The notes: generated by a model from the letters alone, not told the origin. A stretch of 64,000 nucleotides of DNA from Chrysomallon squamiferum (GCA_012295275.1 CM022673.1:17794001-17858000), one strand, 5' to 3'. Counted from the first letter of the stretch, positions 27,685 through 42,442 are shown. Program-made: numbers and translations.

Positions 27685-29151
27685 CTGCGAAAAAAGGAGC
27701 AGCATTGTTCAGAGATAGGTACACTCCCAAGACAAAAGGTTCAGGCAAGCAAATCCAGCTCAATAAAATAACATGCACAATGCAAGCATATACAATATAC
27801 CAGTTTTGTAAGAAATAGCTTGTCTTAACTTGTATTAGAATATAAATAAAAAATAAAATAAAATAAAATATTAAACAATATAAAGTAAGTTAAAAAGATA
27901 ATGATAAATTAAAAAAAATGTATATATATATATATATATATATTTAGAAACTATAATTAAATAGATAAAAATGTAATAAAATTAAGTTAATAATAAAAAA
28001 TAATGATTTTCAAAACACATAATAATTAATTACAGCAATAAATAATAAAACATATAAATAATTTTAAAAAACTGTAAATATAATATATGCTTATCATTTA
28101 AAGGTTTATTTTATTATTAAATTCAGTATTATGGGGGAGATGTTATTTATTACTATTGAGCTAACGAATATTTAGCTGAAATTTTTTTCTAAGCACATCA
28201 TATTAAATATGTTTTAAAATAAACACACGTAATAACTTTATCATTATAATTAATTAAAATTACTTAAATACATGTTTCTAACATCATGATAAAAATATCA
28301 ATAATTTAAAAGAAAACAAATGCTCTGGTCTCAAATTTCACCACAAATAATTAAACACAAAACAAATCAGGTTTCCATCACATGTAATGAAGATAAAGGT
28401 CCAGTATTAATAATAATAATAATAATAATTAATAAATAAATAAAGATTTCAGATTTAAAACAGTGAAAAATATTATTATAAACTTTTTTATTATTATTAA
28501 TAGTTATTTATTTATTTATTTTTTATTTTTTTTTTTTTTTTGAAAATAACAACATGGAAAATATTACTTTCAGAAAGACTATCCTGGTTTTACATTTCTG
28601 TGATGTACATGCTGTAACTGTCTACGAAGAGGTGGTTATGTAAACCAAGCATGTTTAATTATTATGCAGATGATGAAGTATTTTGACAGGTAGAATGAAC
28701 TGTGACAGCTCTATCTAACATTGTTGATATTTACAACAGTTAGAGGTAATTAATAAATGTACATGTATCTATGGAAATTCTTTTTAGCATTGTTACGAAT
28801 TTTTGTTTTAGGATTACTTATTTCTGAAATGGTAAATAAATCGAAAGATTCAGAGTGGAAAAAACAAATACTCAGTTACATTGATATCAGACATTTTCAG
28901 TCACACAAACAATAAGTCAAAAGTTATGATTAAAATATGAATAAGTCAGAGAAATAAAAAAGAAATGAACCAAATTATTTAAATATTATTAATATATAAG
29001 GTAGAAAAAAGTAATTAATTAACAAAGGTAAAAATAATTAATGATTGAATTTTTTTTTAGTGCATTTATAAAATTTTCATTTCAATAACAACTCTCTGCT
29101 ACAGAAATAACAATTAACCATAAACACATATAAAGACATACACACACATAT

Positions 29152-29152
<1 letters not shown>

Positions 29153-29198
<46 letters not shown>
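29153..29198. repeat. (CA)n microsatellite
   Basis: Direct observation. Confidence 0.96.
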
Positions 29199-29202
<4 letters not shown>

Positions 29203-32200
29203 TTTACATGAAACATGGATTTAAAAAACTCACCAACTGAAAGTAATAGACTGATAGACAGACAGACAGAGAGAGAGAGAGAGAGAGACATGTAAAACAA
29301 AAACAAAAAAGATTCTATTAGAATGATGCTACATTTTACAATACAACCATAAAGTAAACAAGACATTTTCAGAACCTAGTAAATATATACCCACATCTCC
29401 AAATTTAAAAACAAAACATTATCCTTTTAATAAGACTGAAAGCATTATCTTTCCAATTAAAGAAGAAGAAGAAAAAAATTACTATGGATGAAATTTATCA
29501 TGCTAATAATTTCTGAAATGATATAGATGTACTGCTACCACGACTGTTCTGAGATAATTAGATGAGTTTGAAATGCACCACACCCCGTGGAGAGCTGTGT
29601 ACAACATTGCACAGCGTCTTGAAGACAGTGGACAACATCAGCAGTGTTGTGATAGATGCGCTGAGATAAATGTCATCTAATCCTTGTGGAAGCTGGGCTA
29701 ATACCCTGTGTATTAATAAACAACTAATTACTTAGAGAAACAGAACACAGAATATATGTGTGGTCATAACTCTCTTATTATCATCAGAAGCACGTGATCG
29801 CAAATAGTGATATTGAATCTGACAGACGAGTATGGTTAAACAACATTCATTGCTGGAAGATAGCTCCAGGAAGATTGTTAACACAGGAGAAAGATGAAAA
29901 TAAGAAGTTGAGGAAGTGGGGAAGATGGATAGAGCGAACGAGAAAGATAATGAATGAAACTTTTTTAAAAAGGCTGTGAGAGAGAGAGAGACAAAGAAAG
30001 AGACTTGTTTAAAGTCACCATGATCCCAGAATCGTCACAAGATTTTACTTTTTAGTTTATTGGATATGTTTTCTTTGTAGTCAGTAAAGATGTAATTAAG
30101 GATTTTCTATAAAAAAAATGATAAAATTAAACAGTAAGATTACACTCAGTGACAAGAATCATCCTTACAAAAACAAAAAAAAAATAAATGTAAATAAATT
30201 AAAAACAAAAAATATACTCCAGTGAATGCTGGTGTTTCATTTTTCAAAAAAATAATAACAATAATGATAATAATATTAGTAATAATAATAATAATAATAA
30301 TCATTTAAAACAAATTTAAGACACGAAAGAAAAAAAGGAGGAATAAAAATATAAAAACAGAGTAATTAAGTTAAGTACTTAACTGTTTTTTCAGAGATAC
30401 ACTGAAATAATTTTCGTTACTCAAAAAGAAGAAGAAGAAAAAAGAAGAAATCCACTTTTTATTCTGGGCTGTGTTATGAGAAAATGAACAAGGCAACTAC
30501 ATCAGCCCGACTGAGTGAAAAGGATGAATCAAAAGTTGACTTTTTTCACTTGGACTGGCGATGACAAAAACAAGCTTTGCTTGGTTGTGTTAGTACAAGC
30601 CCATTAATGAACAAAGTTCCTTTGGTACTCTAGGCCAGCTGTCAGAACGTGAATACATCGTCGCTATGGCAACAGGCTTCTCAAAGAAGCTGCGTAGCAA
30701 GGAAGATGGCGGTACACTCGGAAGACACGACAATAAATGAATCCTTTGAAGAAGAGAAAATTGGCTTTTTATACAACGTGGATGTCGGACACACGATGTA
30801 GTAGCCGGGATTAATCATACCAGTAGTTTCTGAATAAACGTGATTTGACATATGAAAAGAGTGAAAAAACAAACAAACAAAAAAAAACAAATAACAATAA
30901 CAAAAATGAAGCTAAATTGATAAAGGATGCATTATTTGAATGGGAGCAATAAATAGAGTTAACTGTTTCCTGCTTTTAATGTCAAAATTTTATATAAATT
31001 TTAGATCATCTTGCTCATCATGTTATTTAAGTCAGAAAAAAAAAATAATAATAATAATAATAAAAAAAAAAAAAAAGCCAAGTAATTTAGTGAGGAAAAT
31101 AGATTTATATAAATTTGAAGAAAATAAAGAAAAAGAATGTAACATAATAATGTAACTGTAGCAATGAAACATCAAAAGCATTTACATTCATTCAAAAATG
31201 TTTGATGTTGAAAAGCAACGTTTGTTAATAATAAAGTATGACAACATTATAAAGTGTCTTTGACAATTCATGTTGGCTGCCATTTAATTTTGGGTTATAC
31301 TTTTATAATGAAACAGTGATTTTAAAAAGTAATGCAACCAGTGAATCAGTCACAGACAAACAGTATATCTCCAAATTCAGAAAATATTCTAAATATCAAG
31401 GATGAACTTCTTTTTTTTTCTACCTATTCCAACTGAATTTTTAAAAACAAATTGAATGATAAAAAATACTTTAGAAAGGTTTACCTTATTTCATCCAGTG
31501 AAGAATTTATTAAAAACTAAAAACAACTGAATATTTTACCTTGAAGGTTCTTATCAGCTTATAAAAAGGATAATTTAAAAATGAAAGAAAACAAAATACA
31601 TATTTAACAGATTGTTTTTTTTCCCCCTTACATCCATTAAATACAAAATATAAACAGTGGTTATGTTGAAAATAAAAAAAGCACAACCCAAAACATCATT
31701 TAAAACCTTTGAAGAGGCAGAAAGACTGTCAGTTTGTATCCAGTTTGTGTGGGTGCAGGCCACGCTTGCTGTCCTCTGAATTACCATGTCTGTGCTATGT
31801 GGTACAAATCTGCTTTCTCTGTTTGTTTCTCTCACGACTGAGATTCTAATATGACAACTCCTACACTTCACCATCTTTCTGAAGATTTGGCACTGGTTAT
31901 AAAATTTGGAAAACAAACACACATGCATGATCTTTCAGGTGTAAAGATAAGGTGTTATTTAAACACAGGTGTGAAAATACAGGTTTAGCACAGTCCTATG
32001 ACTTGGGTAGTTATGCAGTTTTATTACACTGCTCAAAATGAAGATATAAAAGATGAGGGAGAAAATTTAACATTTTAAATTTAATGAGGTATTCACCACA
32101 ACATTATAAATTTACAGTGATATAGCATCACACATACAGTAACTGACCACAGAGGAAACAAGAGAGGATACTATATAATGGCCTACTCTTATGCTTTTCT

Positions 32201-33741
32201 TTTTAATACATCTTCTCATAAACAGGAACAAAAATACAATACTTGAAAACCAGTGGTAAGACCAAGGCTATGATAGGAAAGGCTGATTTGATGTTCTGAA
32301 CTTAGGTCTTGCAAGAAAACACATCAGTTCTAACCACTGACCAAATGACAACAGAGAATCATTATATCAACTTTATAATAACAATTACTTTGATAAAAAT
32401 ATGACATTAAAATGTTAAATATCTTTAACACGTACACAGCTAATTAAACTGTTTCTTGAGTATGATTTGAATTTTAATTCAACAGAGGTGTGATCATTGT
32501 TTGCTAAATGACTTTAATATAAAAAATGTTGGATGCAAGATGAACATTTGAAAATTAAAAAAATACTTTAAAAGATGAAATATTCTGTTATATAATAACT
32601 ATGAGAAAATGAAAAATTTGCATAAATAGAGTGTCTATCTACGTAATTTTCAAAAACATTTATTTTTTAATTTTTTTTTATCAATTATTTTTCTGAGGTA
32701 TATAATAAAGTTTATATAGCACTTCTTTATTTAAAGTTTGTGAACATACATTTATCAGAACATCTGTTTTTTTAAATAAAATAAGAATATAATATTTACC
32801 CCCCCCCAAACAGCCCTCCCAGACACACATACACATTATTTATCCACCATATTGTTCACTACAGAAAAACATCACTCTGAGACATGCTAACAAATTTAAT
32901 ATACTTTTATCTATTCAAATATATAGGTGTATGATAAAGGCTAAATATGTTTACGTGTGCTAAAGGCAAAATAATTAACAGTTAATAATGTAACAGTTAT
33001 TAGGTAATATTAAAGTAATAGGTACATTTTAAAATAAATTATAAAAAATGAAAACAGAGTTGAAAATACATCTGATAAAAATGAAGAAAACATGTTGAAG
33101 ATGTGGTATGTAATTATGTATTTTACTATGAATGAAAAGAACTAAAAGAAGGTGTATTTTTGTTTTTATAGATGGGTAAAGTAAAAGTGTTGATAGTGTG
33201 GTTCTGGCTGAGTTTAGTGAAGTGGAATGAAAAACAGTGTGTCATATAACAGACTACATAAAACCTCTTGTTCTGATGGTTCAAGCTGTATTTTTACTAT
33301 TTCTGAACAATAATTAAAAAATATATAATTTCATGTTTATAAATGTAAAAAAGAAAAATCAGTTTTGATATCATGTTTTTGTGTTTTTCTCATGGATCAG
33401 TTATAAATGTAAAAAAAAAAAAAGTATGTTCCAGTGATGTGTTTGCAGAACACGGAACACAAATGAGTCATGTGACTAAGAGCAGCTGAGTGTGTCCCAC
33501 ACTAAGACAATAACAAACACATCTCCAGTGTGCCTCTTTTCTTTCACAGAATAGATTAATGGATTTTCCTCTTCAACACAGAAAAAGATGGTACCAGATA
33601 GCATCTCAAATCGATAACCGATTTCTTTGAAGAAAAAAGAGAAAACTTTGCATTTGTTTAACACTGACTCTTTCCAACCTCCGAGGCAGAAATGCTACGA
33701 GGCTTTTCATCGCTAGCTGCACTCGACAATAACACTGCTTC

Positions 33742-33755
33742 CCACCAGGTGGCAG
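33742..33755 (+). promoter_or_regulatory. CTCF-like motif CCACCAGGTGGCAG
   Basis: Exact match to the CTCF core CCASYAGRKGGCRS, in a CpG-retaining intronic patch. Confidence 0.6.
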
Positions 33756-34240
33756 TGTTCCCATAGCACCCCGCACAAAGTCTCAAACAATAGGATAGTC
33801 GTAGATTCAGTTGTGTTGTCACAGTAATTTGAAGTAATGACCTGTAACAGTTCCACTTGTGACAATGGATTAAATAAAATGGTTGTTTGAACATGTCCGT
33901 AATTCTCATGGATGTATGTGTGTCTGTTATTTCCTTTATTGGTTGATTTCAAAAACATTAAAAACTATATGTTGATATTTTTTTTCTTTTATGATTCTAC
34001 ATCTCTACTCTGTGTACGTTATTATCCCATAACTTTAATACATCAATTAGCATGATAATAATAATGGTGATGATGATGATGATGACGGGTTAGTATTTTC
34101 AAATATCCATAGGGAATTTTTTATTCATTAGATACAGCAGCTTATAACTCTTTTACAAATGAACAGATGCTTGAATGGGAAATAGTCCAGTGCTTGCATT
34201 ACATCACATCTGAGTCATTTGTTCTGACCACTGCACCTGC

Positions 34241-34293
<53 letters not shown>

Positions 34294-34569
34294 AGTATGT
34301 AAGTGTGTGTGAGAAACTGGTGGTACACTTGTAATTATGGAGTTAATTAGTGTTGTTACAACTGTAATCTGATACATTAGGACATGCCAGCCCTGTAATA
34401 GCACACTGGAATGAAACCAGGTATTCATAATTTATTATCAGTTAAAGACTGACAGATCAATACAGGTTAGTACAGGTTACTGTCTGATGTGGACTCTACT
34501 GACTATTTTGTGTTCTTTTAATGAGTGTGTGTATGTACAGAATGACTGAGTGAGTGAATGTCTATGTGT

Positions 34570-34600
<31 letters not shown>

Positions 34601-35413
34601 TAAATTATAATGTAACATTATTATTATTATTATTATTAACATGAATATAGCTGATATGTATTATGTTACATTATTTATTATAAGTCAAAAAGATAATGTT
34701 GTTAAAAAAATCTTGTATATGATAATAAATATAAAAAATTAACATAAATATAAAAATGACATAATAATTAGTGTTAAACAATAAGAGCATTTAAATAAAT
34801 AAATAAATAAATAAACGTAACTGTTATAGATTTCATTTTTAAGTGTTACAACTGATCATCAGGATGCACAAATGGACGAACGTGGTCACACATACACAGA
34901 CACATCTCAAACAGACACACATATACACAGACACACATACACACAAAACACACACAAACAAGAACAAAAACAGAGCAACGGTGTTTTTCAGCCAGCCTCA
35001 CTCAGCGACTGGTAGTTTTTGCCTCTATCAATCACTGGCTGAAATGCTTGCCAATTTGCCTCGTGTTAGGTCGTCCATACTGGGCCATTATTTACAATTT
35101 TTAAATCATTTGTCTGAATGTTGGGGTAATAAATCTTGGTGCTTTATTTGTGAGCTGCAATGGGAGCATATCTTTTGTTTTAGCTGATCCTGTCTGTGTT
35201 ACACTTGAAGGCAAGAAAGCAATTCATCAACATTAGAAAGCAGGAGGAAAAAACATTCTGTTTATACAGTGAGAAACAAATACCTAAACTGTTTGTGAAA
35301 GATTTTAAAATGCTAATAATTTTGTGTTTCTTTTAATGTTTTTCTGTAATTATTATGTAAACACGAATGTGTGTTTATGTTTGACTGTCTGTGTGTGTGT
35401 ATGTTTATATGTG

Positions 35414-35417
<4 letters not shown>

Positions 35418-35447
<30 letters not shown>

Positions 35448-35545
35448 TGTATGTATGTATGTATGTATGTATGTATGTATGTATGTATGTATGTATGTAT
35501 GTATGTATGTATGTATGTGTGTGTGTGTGTGCGTGTGTGTGTGTG
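35418..35545. repeat. (TATG)n followed by (TG)n
   Basis: Direct observation. Confidence 0.97.
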
Positions 35546-37249
35546 TTGTGTTTATGTATGTGTATGTAAGGAGAGAGAGACAGAAAGGCAGAGAGAAAAG
35601 ACACATGAATGAACATATTGTGAGACAGAGACAAAGAAACTTCTAAAACATGAATTTAATCTGCAGAAAGGTGTTCACACCAAAAACATTTTCTCAGTTA
35701 CTAAAACTACATTCCAAAAATAATTACCAAATTTATATTTATTTTTAAATTAAAAAAATGTAGGCTTCATCTGCAGAGCTGTGTCCAGTAACCTACATTA
35801 GAGAACACACTATGCCTGGTTTCCCATCATTTAACAAAACCTCACACTAACTGTAACCATCAACTCGAGTTTCACCCCAACTGCCCAGCCATGACAAAGC
35901 AGCTTGATCACCATGGAAACGACCAAACAATATGGTTCTGTATGCTGCTCAAAGATGTATTGTTTGTGTGTAGAAATAATCCTGCGTGTATTTATCTACA
36001 GCAGTGTACTAACACTGGACAGGTTTTTATAGTGAATAACTTCCATCAGTTCACAAAGAAAGAAAAATTAATTATTCTCCAGAATAAAAAAGAAAAATGA
36101 TAACAAATATAAAAAAATATTAATAATAATGGCAAAGATAAAGATTGGTAGAAAAATATTTTTTGTATATAAAATTATAAAAAATGGAAGTAAGTATAGA
36201 AGCTGGGTTGTGGATTTAAACTGTATACATCTTTTTAGCATTTTCACTAGACTGGTTTTATTTATGATCAACCTTTGCTAAAAATAAAGTATAAACTGTG
36301 CAGAACATGAGAATAAATGGAAGTTATTATTTCATGATCTTACTTTATTAGTAATAAACTTTGATGACCAATGAATAAATTCATAGATAGACGGACATGG
36401 ATTAAATGTATTTATTATTTTTGTTTATTTAAACTTAACTACATTTTATATTTTAAATGATAGTCTCAGAAATAATCAAGGAGGTAACAACAGAAATATT
36501 TTTGTAATAAAAGTAAATAAATAAATAATAGTAAAAATAACAACAACAATAATAACAGTCTTAATATATATATGCAGACAATGATAGTAATACAAAGGTG
36601 ATAATAATATCCTGATGACATTGTGATGAGTAATGGTAATAAAATATTTTTAAAATGTTCATAAAACAGACTATACAGCAGAATAAGTAAATATTGTTTA
36701 AAACTGTGTCATAATGTAGTTTTAACAAACATTTACTAGAAATGTGTCTGGATATTGTGATGTAATACAGCTATAGGGAGAAAACCAAATTAAAACTTTG
36801 TTGCATTTTTATATTGACAGAACAAAACAGTAACACATTTCTGTATTGATAAAACAAAACAGGAACACTGTTACATATTTCTATAATGATAAAATAAAAT
36901 TATAACATAGTTAGATAATTCTATACTGATAAAACAAGATTACAGAAAAGTGATGTGTATTAGAAATTAAGCATGAATGGAAATATGCATGTGTGTGATT
37001 TTATTTACTATACAAAATAATCAATTATAAATAATATAATCTCGACAAAGTGCACGATTCATATAAATTTGTTCTGTGTTCCTTCTACAACTGAGAGACC
37101 TCACTTTCCAGCAGAGTCGCACAATAAACACATTTCATAAAACCCTTTCACTTTATTAACAAGTGTTCAAGAAGAAGGGAAAAAAACCCTCCAGTAAAAT
37201 GAAATTACCATTACTGTTTGTGTGTCGTACATTCTCTCATCACCATACA

Positions 37250-38150
37250 TCTAACGTCTTTCATACTTAATTCATTCCAGCCATTTTTGACACGTTACGA
37301 ATCTTAACGGAATTATGCCGGCAAAACGAGCTTGAGTGCTTTAGCAACTTTACGAGAATTGTCCAACAAATGTTACATATTCGGCCGATCAAGGAAGGCA
37401 ATAAAGACAAGCTAATCCAATTCAATGTTGAATTATTACTTGCCCCCAATGACAATGCTTAAATAGCCTGTGCCGCTCTTCGGGTTCTGACCCAGCCCAT
37501 ATTGCTAACGAAATACAGAGAAATTCCATCTGAAGACATTTTCTACGAATGGTGGAATTTCATATGGCTATAAATTGCACACTGCTATCAATATAACTTG
37601 TTACGGGATGAAGCGCCCATAAACACGGGTCATAATTTAGAGACGACCTCGGCCAGCAAAGTGGCCAGGAGGCACCCGCGGGACAGCGTTTTTCACTTAC
37701 ACCAACACAAGCAGAAGAATAACAGAAAGTGAGGTTTTTTTGTCTGCGAGTATAACTTATCATAGGCTGTCCAGGGTGATTAATGAGAGGCAGTGTATTT
37801 GCACATTCTCCAGATCCTGGGGGACTGGCAGAGTACACACGGCTAAACAGCTTTTACGGCAGGAAATTAAAGCAACTGGAAAAATATTCACAACCATTCA
37901 GCCGGCGTATTCATAGCTCAGCCTTGAGGTGGGTTTCTACTCCGGCGTTGCTCTAACTGAGCCAATATTTTCTGTATGTTTCAAACAGGACATGAAACGA
38001 TGGTGCGCCGTCCCCAGGGCGGTGGTAGTAAAGCCGTCTGTTTTCAGACAGCGCTGTTGTCGTAATTCATTCCTCATTAACTGGGTCACATGTTCTGCAC
38101 TGTTCAATCTACACACACTTGTCACTCAAGATGAAAAAACTAAATTATTC
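37250..38150. promoter_or_regulatory. CpG/GC-rich non-coding island within the Onecut intron (candidate enhancer)
   Basis: About 900 bp of complex sequence with many CpGs in an otherwise CpG-poor intron. It has several TAAT/ATTA homeodomain cores and no credible ORF. Confidence 0.45.
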
Positions 38151-38820
38151 TCCTGCTAATATTCATCTTTTAAAAAAAAAAAAAAAAATTTAATCTTTTT
38201 TCATCTTTTAAATCAATCAAGCATTTTTTTTTTTTTTTTTTTTTTTTTAAATATTCGTTTTATGGTTTATGAACATTCAAAGTGTTATGGTGAACATTTT
38301 TAATTCTATTTCAGACAACAAACACAGACAAGTGATGCATGGATATGACTGATTTGATTAAGTTTTAAAATTTTATTGTTAATATACCAGTTACTAACTT
38401 ACATCAATTAATAAAAGATTATTTTCATTTTTCACAAACGACACTGATTTTTATTTCATACATACAGCTGAACTATATGTTTTTAATATTAATGAATTTT
38501 ATTAAAAGCAAACTTTGTTCTTTTTAATCGAAATTAACAAAGAAGAAAGCAAATAAAGTATATGTAATATTAACAAAATATTTTTATAATACTGAAGAAT
38601 TTTCTAAATGAGAATTAAACTGGTTTCATCATCAGGATTATTATTATCAACATTATATTAGTAGTAGTAGTAGTAGTAGTAGCAGTAGCAGTTGTTATTA
38701 TATTTTTAAAATATTGGTCTAAAAACATTTCAGTTAATGTTATTCTCATTTATTTATTACAAATTTTGGTTTGTTTTACATTTTAATTATATTCTGGACA
38801 TTATTTAATCAGAGCTGACT

Positions 38821-38886
38821 GGTGGGAGGGGAAGGGGCAGCATGCAGGGGGAGGGAGGGGGCAGCATGCAGGGGGAGGGGATGGGG
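38821..38886 (+). repeat. G-rich tract with duplicated GGGGCAGCATGCAGGGGGAGGG unit (G-quadruplex potential)
   Basis: About nine runs of three or more G in 66 bp, read directly from the sequence. Confidence 0.75.
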
Positions 38887-39202
38887 AGCAGGTGGAAATG
38901 GATCTGACTGGGACAACATTTGCTGTGATCGTAACACGGAAATGTTTTTCCTGAATCGGGGCCCAATGTGACGCCAATCTTTCCTTCTCGCTGCTGACAA
39001 AAGCTATTTACTCTGTGAGTAAACATTTCCTCTTGGAGAGATTCAGACTCGAACATCAATGATTAAATGTGAAAACAACACTGGGTAATCATCCACAGTG
39101 TGTTGAGTGCCAACATCTCAAAATGTCGATCAAATATTTCCACTGTCAGCAACAGACTGCGCAAGTTGACACTCTCTGGCTAATACAGTGAAGTGATGAC
39201 AG

Positions 39203-39205
<3 letters not shown>

Positions 39206-39262
<57 letters not shown>

Positions 39263-39452
39263 ATATAGACAGAGAGACATACAGGAAGAGACATAAAATA
39301 AGAGAGAGGCAGAGACAGAGGGTTTGAGAGAAAGAAAGAGAGACAGAGACAGAGGAATAGAGAGAAATAGAGACAGAGGCAGAGGGTTTGAGAGAAAGAA
39401 AGAGAGACAGAGGAGAGAGGGTTTGAGAGAAAGAAAGAGAGACAGAGGCAGA
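39206..39452. repeat. (AG)n plus purine-rich compound repeat (GAGGGTTTGAGAGAAAGAAAGAGAGACAGAG x3)
   Basis: Direct observation. Confidence 0.92.
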
Positions 39453-41397
39453 TTGAAAAAAGTGAGTAAGAGCAAAAACAGCTTTACTGAAAGCAATTTA
39501 GTTTCTTAAAAAGATCACACAGAATGGACATGGATATAGTCTACTCTGTGACAACAGGGTTCAAGTCTGTTACTGACAATATTTAGAAGTAAAATAAACC
39601 ACTGAATTTTCACTGAACATAGTCTAGTATAACAAACACACCACAACAACTTATTACTTAATATTACTTAGATAAAATATTTTCAAAAGTGCAGTCAATA
39701 TAGATTATTACAACTCTTCCTGAATATGGGCACAATAACAGTATTACCAAAATAACTATCACTTAAATAACACATTTAGTACCATTTGTAACTATAGTTG
39801 TTGTTTTTTTCAAAAAAAAAAATCCCTGTGTAATCTTTGTGACAGAAGACAGTCTATTTTAAGTCATATGCACCTAAGCACAGCACTATTACCAATATAA
39901 CTCTAAGACTTAAATAATACATCCTTGTATTTACCAGCCTGTTAAAAATAAATATAATTTTTTTACAGCACAATGTTACTGAATGCAGTGTAGCATAACT
40001 CAGACTTCATTTGAAAACAAAGACTGTGTTACTAATATAACCACCACTTGAATAATATATTTCTCTATTGTCTACTGCCATCATAAATACATATTTTCCA
40101 AAGACTACTGCAACTGCCCGAATACAGTCTAGGGGTCACCTGATCATAAATTATTATTTTTACCTGAATAGGCTGGATGCTGTTGACAAAGCTTACACAG
40201 GGAACCAATTAATGTTAGCACCCTTTGTCTTTCTGACAGGATATTCTCCAGGAACACAATCTAGCCAGTCCTGTTAGTTACCATCGGCAACCAATTTGCC
40301 AGGGAAGAACACAAAAGGAAAATTGCACCTGACAGGTGACTGAGATATAAGCTGGCCGCTGTGGAGATTTAGCAGCAAGGTGGAATAACAATGGAATGGT
40401 CTCTCTCTGTCAGAGGGCTTCTAATTAAAACAACTGCATAGCATCAAGAAAAATGTGTATCTAACGTTATGCAATACGAATCTGTACTCAACAGTGTAAT
40501 GTGAGACTTTGTGTTTCGGTACACCTGATGACCATTAATAAACACCGATCTTTTTTATCTACTACACACAATGTCTCAAACTGAATTATAATTCAGTACA
40601 AATGAAGAAAGACAAAGAAAATAATTCGTATTTATAAAAAATCAAACTATAATGTTATTGATAATTTTTCTTTACATATTTTATATACGAAATTTAATAT
40701 CCTTCATCTTTAAAACAAATTTTGTCAACCTAAAATAATAATAATAAAACTAATAGTAGGAGTATTAGTATGAAATGATTAAAACCTTATATTTAAACTC
40801 TTAAACTACAAAATAAAATATTCAGGCAGGATTATGAACCACTTAATTAATAATTCTACAAATGACATTTTAAAAAAAAGAAGAAAAAACAGAACACACA
40901 TCTGTATAATAAATACTGCTTTTAAAACTCAGATATTTGGCTGTTCATTATCATTTTTTATTCAACACCCACAAACTATTTCTAAACAGCTCTATTCATT
41001 AATTGTGCTATTCATTTTTCATCACCTAGGTTTCACACAACTTCATAACGTATTGTGTATTTTCATTGCCAGCAACTAAAATGTCAAAATGACAGCAGCA
41101 CTGTGTGTGTGAGGGGCCTGGCTGTGTGTGCTTTGTTGTGAATAAAACAGTGTAACAGTTGCTGGTATTACACTGTTTATGTTCTGCTCTCCTGAAAGAC
41201 ACCCTCGGTGATACCAGCCTACATTAATATTTCTCTGTATATTATCAATTTCTGTTGGGTTTTTTCCCCCAAAAAAAAGAAAGAGATTTTTTTTTTTGGG
41301 ACAGGTTTATTAAATGCTTTTTCATCAGTGTGTGTGACTTGATTATGGGTTACAAGATCTGTACTTCTATGTGTGTGTGTATGTGTGAACATGTTTG

Positions 41398-41431
<34 letters not shown>

Positions 41432-42385
41432 TGTGCTTATTTTATATATAATCACATGTGATTATAATTGGTCTGAAAATACAGTCCACATCTTGAGGCT
41501 TCAGAGCAGTTTAGAAGAATGTATATAATATAAACTCTAGCATCACAACAACAGTTAGAAGAAGTACTTCTAACTGTGATTTTGAAATGAATGTTTGTTT
41601 TATGATGTTCAGCATTAAGTAAAGTATATTGATTTTATCAAAGGCATCAATAATGAAATGTTTTTGTTTTTAACAATGTTAATTCTTGATGGAGCTGTTG
41701 GTTGGAGTGGGAAATAGCCCACCAAAGATATGAATTGAATTGATCTTAAAGCAGTGTGAAATGCAAGAGTAACCCTACTTGCTGTGACTAGAGCAGTGAT
41801 GAAGGAAATTAACAGCATTTCTAACAAATACAACCTGGCTGAGTGAGAATACATCATTAGTGGTAGAAGGAACTGGCTTGTTCTGGAGACAAGCATGTTC
41901 TAAATGATCATCATCATTATGATGAAATGTTGATGGTTGGAGAAAAACATATTTTAAATGATGATGATGATGATGAAATGTTGACTGCTAGAGATGAAAA
42001 TGTTTTACTAGGTAATGGTAAATTATAGAGAAATACATGATGTACATGATAAACATGATTGCAAGAAAAACATATTCTCATTGGTTTACGATGAATCACT
42101 AAAATGTGGAGAGAGAAAAAAACAACAAAAACCCCACTCTTTTTAAGATGATGTTAAGTGATGTTTTTTTCAGGTAACTTAGAAGACGTAATTGACCAGA
42201 CTGAGGACTGCTATTGTGTTGAAAGTACTTGCTACATTCTGAGATGATTCATGGAACTAAGTAACCACGCCCTACAAAAGATGATTCACAATGTGTAATT
42301 AATGGAGAAGAATGAAAAAAGAACTGTGCTGGAAGAGAACTAGTGATGTTTTTAATCAGCAGTGCTGGATGTAAAGTGCTCCTAC

Positions 42386-42442
42386 TGGCTCAGTGGGAAG
42401 ATCACTGAAGTTTCAAGACAAGGATCCTGGTTCAGATCCTCA
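42386..42442 (+). mobile_element. Degenerate tRNA-derived SINE head
   Basis: Pol III A-box TGGCTCAGTGG (42386-42396) and B-box-like GGTTCAGATCC (42429-42439) at tRNA-like spacing. No intact cloverleaf is evident. Confidence 0.5.

Noticed and set aside
42330-42355. miR-7-like string TGGAAGAGAACTAGTGATGTTTT
   Set aside because: It has a 3-nt insertion right after the seed and a divergent 3' end, and no complementary star arm is evident.
42386-42442. Functional tRNA gene
   Set aside because: A/B boxes are present, but acceptor and anticodon stems cannot be formed convincingly. Treated as a SINE remnant.
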